DNA of 64,000 nucleotides from Armatimonadota bacterium. GTDB taxonomy: Bacteria; Armatimonadota; SYMT01. The notes beneath the pieces were generated by a model. It saw only the letters and a list, made by a program, of their open reading frames with translations, had not been told where the DNA came from and did no database searches. The position numbers and the translations under genes are program-made. Below, piece after piece: positions 59,115 through 64,000 of the stretch (within the stretch, counting starts at the first letter, position 1; every line of letters begins with the position of its first letter). The stretch is taken from assembly GCA_041690135.1 (NCBI GenBank), contig JAWLHY010000001.1, positions 1,056,001 through 1,120,000 on the forward strand, read 5' to 3'.

Positions 59115-60095
59115 TCAGCCCGACGTGAAGATCTGGCGGATCACCTCTTCGGCTTCCATCTCCGCGATGCCGATGTCCGCCACTGGGAGATGGGTCAGTA
59201 CCGCTGCGGCTACCTGCACGCTCTCTCCGCGGGGGACTTCCAGGGTGGCGCTGAGCCCGTCGAACTCGAGGCAGTGGCCAAAGCGTTCCACTTCCTCCCG
59301 CGGAAGCTCTTGCTGGAACACCAGGCGAAGGCGCTTGGTGTGGCTGTGCCGCTGCATGAGGACTCGGAGCTGATCGTCGAACACGATCTGTCCGTGGTTG
59401 ACGATTACCACCCGCTCGCACAGTTCTTGTATGTCCTGCATGTAGTGCGAAGTGAGCAGGATCGTGATCTCCTCGCGACGGTTGTACTCCCGGATGAACT
59501 CGCGGAGGCGCTTCTGGGAAACCACGTCGAGCCCGATGGTCGGCTCGTCGAGAAAGAGGACGCGCGGAGAGTGGAGAAGGGCGGCAACCAGCTCGCATTT
59601 CATCCGCTCCCCGAGCGACATCTTGCGGACCTGCACGTCCAGCAGGGGTGAGATCTCCATCAGCTCCGTCAACTCGTCCAGGCGGCGGCGGTAGTCCGCG
59701 TCCGGAACCTCGTAGATCTCCTTGAGCATCCGGAACGACTCGGAAGGCGGCAGGTCCCACCAGAGCTGGTTCTTCTGGCCCATCACGATGGCGAACCGGC
59801 GCTGGAGCTCCGGGCGGCGCTCCCACGGCACATAGCCCAGCACGGTCGCCTCCCCGGAAGTGGGATAGAGGATTCCCGACAGCATCTTGAGCGCCGTCGT
59901 CTTCCCCGCGCCGTTCGGACCCAGGAACCCGACCAGTTCCCCCGGTTCCACCGTGAAGCTGATCGACTTGACCGCCTCAACCCGCAGGGTTTCCCGGCGG
60001 ACCAGCGATCGGAGCGTGCCGGCGAGGCCGGGCTCCTTCCGGTGCGAGAGGTAGACTTTGGAGAGGTTCCGGACGGAGATCGAAGGCTGGCTCAT
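59115..60095 (-). CDS. ABC transporter ATP-binding protein
   Basis: GPNGAGKTT, MSLGERMK, FLDEPTIGLD, LTSHYM; true start MSQPSIS. Confidence 0.93.
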   Translation of the reverse strand: MSQPSISVRNLSKVYLSHRKEPGLAGTLRSLVRRETLRVEAVKSISFTVEPGELVGFLGPNGAGKTTALKMLSGILYPTSGEATVLGYVPWERRPELQRRFAIVMGQKNQLWWDLPPSESFRMLKEIYEVPDADYRRRLDELTELMEISPLLDVQVRKMSLGERMKCELVAALLHSPRVLFLDEPTIGLDVVSQKRLREFIREYNRREEITILLTSHYMQDIQELCERVVIVNHGQIVFDDQLRVLMQRHSHTKRLRLVFQQELPREEVERFGHCLEFDGLSATLEVPRGESVQVAAAVLTHLPVADIGIAEMEAEEVIRQIFTSG

Positions 60096-60260
60096 GAGCA
60101 CCGGGCAGCGAAAACCGGGAGGCGATGGGGCGACCGGCACTTGGTGATGCCGGGCTTCGTAACACCGTATGTTACCATTGCCGAAAGGATTCCCGCCCAA
60201 CCGGACCGAAACAGACCCCGGCCGCCCGTTCCCGCCGCGGCGGCGCAACTGGAGTTCACC

Positions 60261-61436
60261 ATGCGACTGACTGCCTTCCACCGTTGGGGCGCCCTGTGCG
60301 GCGTCACGGCCGCCGCGCTCGCCGGAGCGCGCGCCGGACATTCCCTCCAGGCTAATCCGGAGGGGAGCCCCGCCCTCCCTCCCCTGCTCATCGAAGACTT
60401 CGAGGCTGCGGCACTCGGCTCCCGTCCCTATCTCTGGAAGGAGGGGAAGAGCAACATCGCCGGCGTGACCATCGGCTCGGAGCGGGTGGAGCTGGATGGC
60501 GTGAAGTCCAACAAGGCGCTGAAGTACGAGTACAGCTTCGCCGGTTCCGCCGCCGCCAACCAGGGAGCGGAAGCGGGCCCGCAGGGACAGCCGCTGCCGG
60601 GTAGCCTGAGTGCCGTGACGATGATGGTTCATGGCGACTCCGGCAAGCACAATATCGCGCTGCGGGTGGAAGATCGCGACGGCGAGAGCTTCGAGTGGCA
60701 GGTTCCGGTCACCTGGACCGGGTGGCGCAAAGTGAGCTACCCGATGAACCCGAAGAACGCTTTCCGGGGCGGAAGCAAGGCCAACGGCGCTATCGACCTC
60801 CCCATCAAGCTGGAGGGAGTCCGGCTCGTCCGCACCGCCACCGGGGCTCGCAAGGGCGAGGTGATGGTCGACAACCTCACGGCCACTTGCACCTTCGGCA
60901 AGGTGGAGACGCTCTACGACGCCTCGGGCGGAGCCAAGCCGGAAGGCTGGAAGGCCAACCGCGTGCGCAGCGTGCTCGGCACGTTCGGGGAGACGTTGGT
61001 CCCCCGCGGCGCGGACGACGTGCCGGTGCTTAAGATGGAGTACGAATACGAGTTCGGCGCCGACTCCCAGGTCGAGTTCACCAAGACGCTGCCGACCACG
61101 GCCGGAGGGCACGGCACGCTGATCGCGGAGATCTTCGGCGACGGCAGCAACAACATCATGCGCCTCCGCATGCTGGACGGCGCCGACAAGCCGTGGCAGG
61201 CCGCCATCCCGACGATTCTGGTCGACTGGTCCGGGTGGAAGACGATCTACCTCGACACCCGCTTCCTCCGGGGCGTGGAAGGAAACGACCCCACGGGGAT
61301 GATGGACCGCTTCCCGGCCAAGTTCTACTCGATCATCGTGGACGACGCCTCGGCCAAGGACAATCTGCCGGGCGTGGAGAGCGGCCGCAAAGGGGAGATC
61401 TTCCTGGGCCGCGTGCTCTTCGCTGCGGAGAAGTAG
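60261..61436 (+). CDS. Exported protein with two CBM11/FlaA-like beta-sandwich domains
   Basis: Signal peptide; duplicated IEDFE..LK.EY, V.GD.., W.GW[RK] patterns. Confidence 0.65.
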   Translation: MRLTAFHRWGALCGVTAAALAGARAGHSLQANPEGSPALPPLLIEDFEAAALGSRPYLWKEGKSNIAGVTIGSERVELDGVKSNKALKYEYSFAGSAAANQGAEAGPQGQPLPGSLSAVTMMVHGDSGKHNIALRVEDRDGESFEWQVPVTWTGWRKVSYPMNPKNAFRGGSKANGAIDLPIKLEGVRLVRTATGARKGEVMVDNLTATCTFGKVETLYDASGGAKPEGWKANRVRSVLGTFGETLVPRGADDVPVLKMEYEYEFGADSQVEFTKTLPTTAGGHGTLIAEIFGDGSNNIMRLRMLDGADKPWQAAIPTILVDWSGWKTIYLDTRFLRGVEGNDPTGMMDRFPAKFYSIIVDDASAKDNLPGVESGRKGEIFLGRVLFAAEK

Positions 61437-61533
61437 GGTAAACTCTCCACAGGCGTAGCGGTTTGGGCGCCCTCCATGTTCCGGCTTCCGCCGGCATGCG
61501 AGGGCGTCGCTGCGTTTGGGCGAGTTGCTCCAT

Positions 61534-61628
61534 CCCTACGGATTGGAGAGAGCCCTACGGACTGCAGAGAGCCCTACGGACTGCAGAGAGCCCTACGGAC
61601 TGCAGAGAGCCCTACGGACTGCAGAGAG
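61534..61628. repeat. Five tandem 19-bp units CCCTACGGACTGCAGAGAG (first has 2 mismatches)
   Basis: Units start at 61534, 61553, 61572, 61591 and 61610; no spacers. Confidence 0.92.
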
Positions 61629-61639
61629 AAGGAAGATTG

Positions 61640-63145
61640 ATGGCTGACGCACTTGCTGAACTCAAGGCGCGCCTGGCGGACATCCACAACCTCCGCATGG
61701 CGGGCGCGCTGCTGGACTGGGACCAGCAGACTTACATGCCCCCCGGCGGGGTCGCGGCCCGCGCCGAGCAGAAGGCCACCCTGAGCAAGCTCTCCCACGC
61801 CATGTTCGTGGAGGACGAGGTGGGCCGGCTGCTGGACCGCGCCACGGAAGAGGTCGGGGACCTGCAGGCGGACTCCACCGACGCCGCGCTGATCCGGGTC
61901 ACCCGGCGCGACCGGGACAAGGCGACCCGCATCCCGGGCGCGCTGGTGGAGGAGATGGCGCGGGTAACCGCCCTGGCGCAGGAAGAGTGGGCGAAGGCCC
62001 GGGCCGCGGACGATTTCTCCGCTTTTGCCCCCTGGCTGGAGCGCATCCTCGACCTGGAGCGCCGGACGGCCGAAGCCCTGGGTTACCAGGACCGCCTCTA
62101 CGACGCACTGCTCGACCAGTACGAGCCCGGCATGACTTCCGCGGAGCTCGACCGCGTCTTCGCGGAGTTGAAGGAGCAGACCATTCCTCTGGCCCGCGCC
62201 ATCTTCGAGCGCGTCGATCGGGTCGATGCCTCCGTGCTCACCCGCGACTATGACGTGGACGCCCAGCGCCGCTTTGCGGAAGCGGTGCTGAAAGAGTGCG
62301 GGTTCGACTTCCAGCGGGGCCGCCAGGACCGTTCGGTCCACCCGTTCTGCACCAACTTCGCCAAATCCGATGTCCGGATCACGACCCGCTACGACCGCAA
62401 CTTTGTTTCCATGGCGCTCTTCGGCTCGCTGCACGAAATGGGCCACGGCCTCTACGAGCAGGGCACCGCTGACGAGCTGGAAGGCACGCCGCTGGCCGGA
62501 GGCTGCTCGCTGGGCCTACATGAGAGCCAATCCCGCCTGTGGGAGAACCTGGTGGGCCGGAGCCGGCCGTTCTGGAGCCACTACTATCCGAAGTTCCAGG
62601 AGACCTTCCCCGCCGCGCTGGGAGAAGTGGAGCTGGAGACGTTCTACCGCGCCATCAACCGCGTAGCGCCCTCCCTCATCCGCGTCGAGGCGGACGAGAT
62701 CACCTATAACCTCCACATCATCCTGCGCTACGAGATCGAGAACGAGTTGCTGGAAGGCCGGCTGAGTGTGGCTGACGCGCCGGAAGCCTGGAACGCGCGG
62801 ATGGAGTCCTACCTGGGCATCCGTCCGGATACGAACCGCGAGGGGATCCTCCAGGACGTGCACTGGTCCATCGGGATCATGGGCTACTTCCCCACCTACT
62901 CCCTGGGCAACGTCCTCTCCGTCCAGCTCTTCGACCAGGCCGCGCAGGAAGTACCGGCCATCCCGGAAGGGATCGGTCACGGCGAGTTCGCACCCCTGCT
63001 CGGCTGGCTGCGCGAGAAGGTCCACCAGCACGGGCGCAAGTACCTCCCCACCGAGCTGGTGCAGCGGGTCACAGGCCGCCCCCTCGATACGGCCCCCTAC
63101 GTTGCCTACCTGAAGCGGAAGTTCGGAGAGATCTACGACCTGTAA
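61640..63145 (+). CDS. Carboxypeptidase M32 (Taq-type)
   Basis: WDQQTYMP, HPF, HEMGH, HESQSRLWEN, IRVEADE, QDVHW, GYFPTY.LG. Confidence 0.95.
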   Translation: MADALAELKARLADIHNLRMAGALLDWDQQTYMPPGGVAARAEQKATLSKLSHAMFVEDEVGRLLDRATEEVGDLQADSTDAALIRVTRRDRDKATRIPGALVEEMARVTALAQEEWAKARAADDFSAFAPWLERILDLERRTAEALGYQDRLYDALLDQYEPGMTSAELDRVFAELKEQTIPLARAIFERVDRVDASVLTRDYDVDAQRRFAEAVLKECGFDFQRGRQDRSVHPFCTNFAKSDVRITTRYDRNFVSMALFGSLHEMGHGLYEQGTADELEGTPLAGGCSLGLHESQSRLWENLVGRSRPFWSHYYPKFQETFPAALGEVELETFYRAINRVAPSLIRVEADEITYNLHIILRYEIENELLEGRLSVADAPEAWNARMESYLGIRPDTNREGILQDVHWSIGIMGYFPTYSLGNVLSVQLFDQAAQEVPAIPEGIGHGEFAPLLGWLREKVHQHGRKYLPTELVQRVTGRPLDTAPYVAYLKRKFGEIYDL

Positions 63146-63149
63146 GGGC

Positions 63150-64000
63150 TTAACCGGCGCTCGCCGCAGGCTGCGGGTGGAACAGGGTCTCGCGGGGGCG
63201 CCGGTCCCAGCTCATCAGCCAGATCCGGGGGACGTAGTGGCGGACCGGGACGTCGTTCTCCTGCAAGAAGCGGAGATACTGACGGTGGAGGTCCGGCACC
63301 ACGCCCTTGTTCTTGCTGTAGACGTTCTGTAGCTCATCCGGGTCGGTGGCCCGGTGATAAACTTCGGGCTCGAGCCCGGACCGCCAGCAGACGTAGGTCC
63401 ACTCGTCGTTGCGAATCACGCTCGGGCGGTGGGGGTTCCAGCCCCGGAGTGACCAGGAAGAAACGGCGATATCCCGGACGCGATCCGCGTTGCCTTTGAG
63501 CACCGGCACCAGCGAGGATGCCGTCATGGTCGGGGGCACTTTCACTCCCGCCAATTCCAGCACCGTGGGAGTAACGTCGCCGGGATGCACCATTGCGGTA
63601 CGCCGTCCGGGTGTGACCCCGGGCACGCGGAAGAGCATCGGGACACGGGAGAGCTGTGAGTACGGCGGCCATCCGAGCAGGTCCCGCATCGTCCCTCCCA
63701 TCTTGCCAAGCAGGTTGCGCTCGCCCAGTAGGATGCCGTGATCCGAGAGGAAGCAGACCACGGTGTCGTCGCGGTGCCCGAGGGCGTCGAGCTTCGCGAT
63801 CAGCTTCCCCACCCACTTGTCCATCAGGGTGATTTCGCCTGAGTAAAGGGCCCGCATCCGCCGGATATCGGCTTCCGAGTAGTTTTCCGCCCGCCCGAAG
63901 GCCGGGTAGATGACGTTGTCTCCCGTGCCGTTCGCGTCGTAGAGATCCGTGAACTCCTTCGGCGGGTCCCACGGCTCGTGGGGATCGAACAGGTCCACGT
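63150..64000 (-). CDS. Sulfatase, C-terminal part (5' end outside the window)
   Basis: FDPHEPWDPP, Y.GEIT..D.WVG, LSDHG, DVTPTVL, Y....DPDE..N. Confidence 0.85.
   Translation of the reverse strand, partial: VDLFDPHEPWDPPKEFTDLYDANGTGDNVIYPAFGRAENYSEADIRRMRALYSGEITLMDKWVGKLIAKLDALGHRDDTVVCFLSDHGILLGERNLLGKMGGTMRDLLGWPPYSQLSRVPMLFRVPGVTPGRRTAMVHPGDVTPTVLELAGVKVPPTMTASSLVPVLKGNADRVRDIAVSSWSLRGWNPHRPSVIRNDEWTYVCWRSGLEPEVYHRATDPDELQNVYSKNKGVVPDLHRQYLRFLQENDVPVRHYVPRIWLMSWDRRPRETLFHPQPAASAG

Noticed and set aside
60096-61112. N-terminal extension of the ABC ATPase ORF
   Set aside because: Overlaps the plus-strand CBM-like gene; ATPase similarity starts at 60095
61534-61628. CRISPR array
   Set aside because: Units are directly adjacent with no unique spacers; no cas genes

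Overview
GC-rich bacterial chromosomal window. The gene content (three DUF1559/prepilin-type H-X9-DG genes, DUF1501, three sulfatases, a PEP-CTERM protein) suggests Armatimonadota or a Planctomycete-like lineage; this is inference only. Most of the window is ordinary carbohydrate/sulfate-ester metabolism and housekeeping (glycerate kinase, mutS2, mtlD-like, transaldolase, P450, M32 peptidase). Two regions stand out. (1) 34704-50680 (- strand) is an intact, tightly packed 13-gene headless contractile-tail operon: sheath, tube, VgrG-like hub-spike fusion, PAAR-like tip, gp25, baseplate J, gp48-like wedge and a candidate fibre, in Mu-like order. No capsid, terminase, integrase, lysis or T6SS membrane genes and no recognisable canonical eCIS markers are seen. 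In the tape-measure slot it carries a 91-aa protein with a tape-measure-like motif and a 1286-aa membrane-spanning protein ending in a PD-(D/E)xK nuclease-like domain. It is a candidate divergent contractile injection system with a built-in toxin. (2) A tRNA-Pro(GGG) gene at 27163 and a degenerate copy at about 30689-30851 bracket a 3.6-kb islet; the copy has a net 51-nt double-hairpin insertion. Several gene remnants and REP-like or short tandem repeats are also present. All family assignments come from reading motifs by eye; no database search was run.
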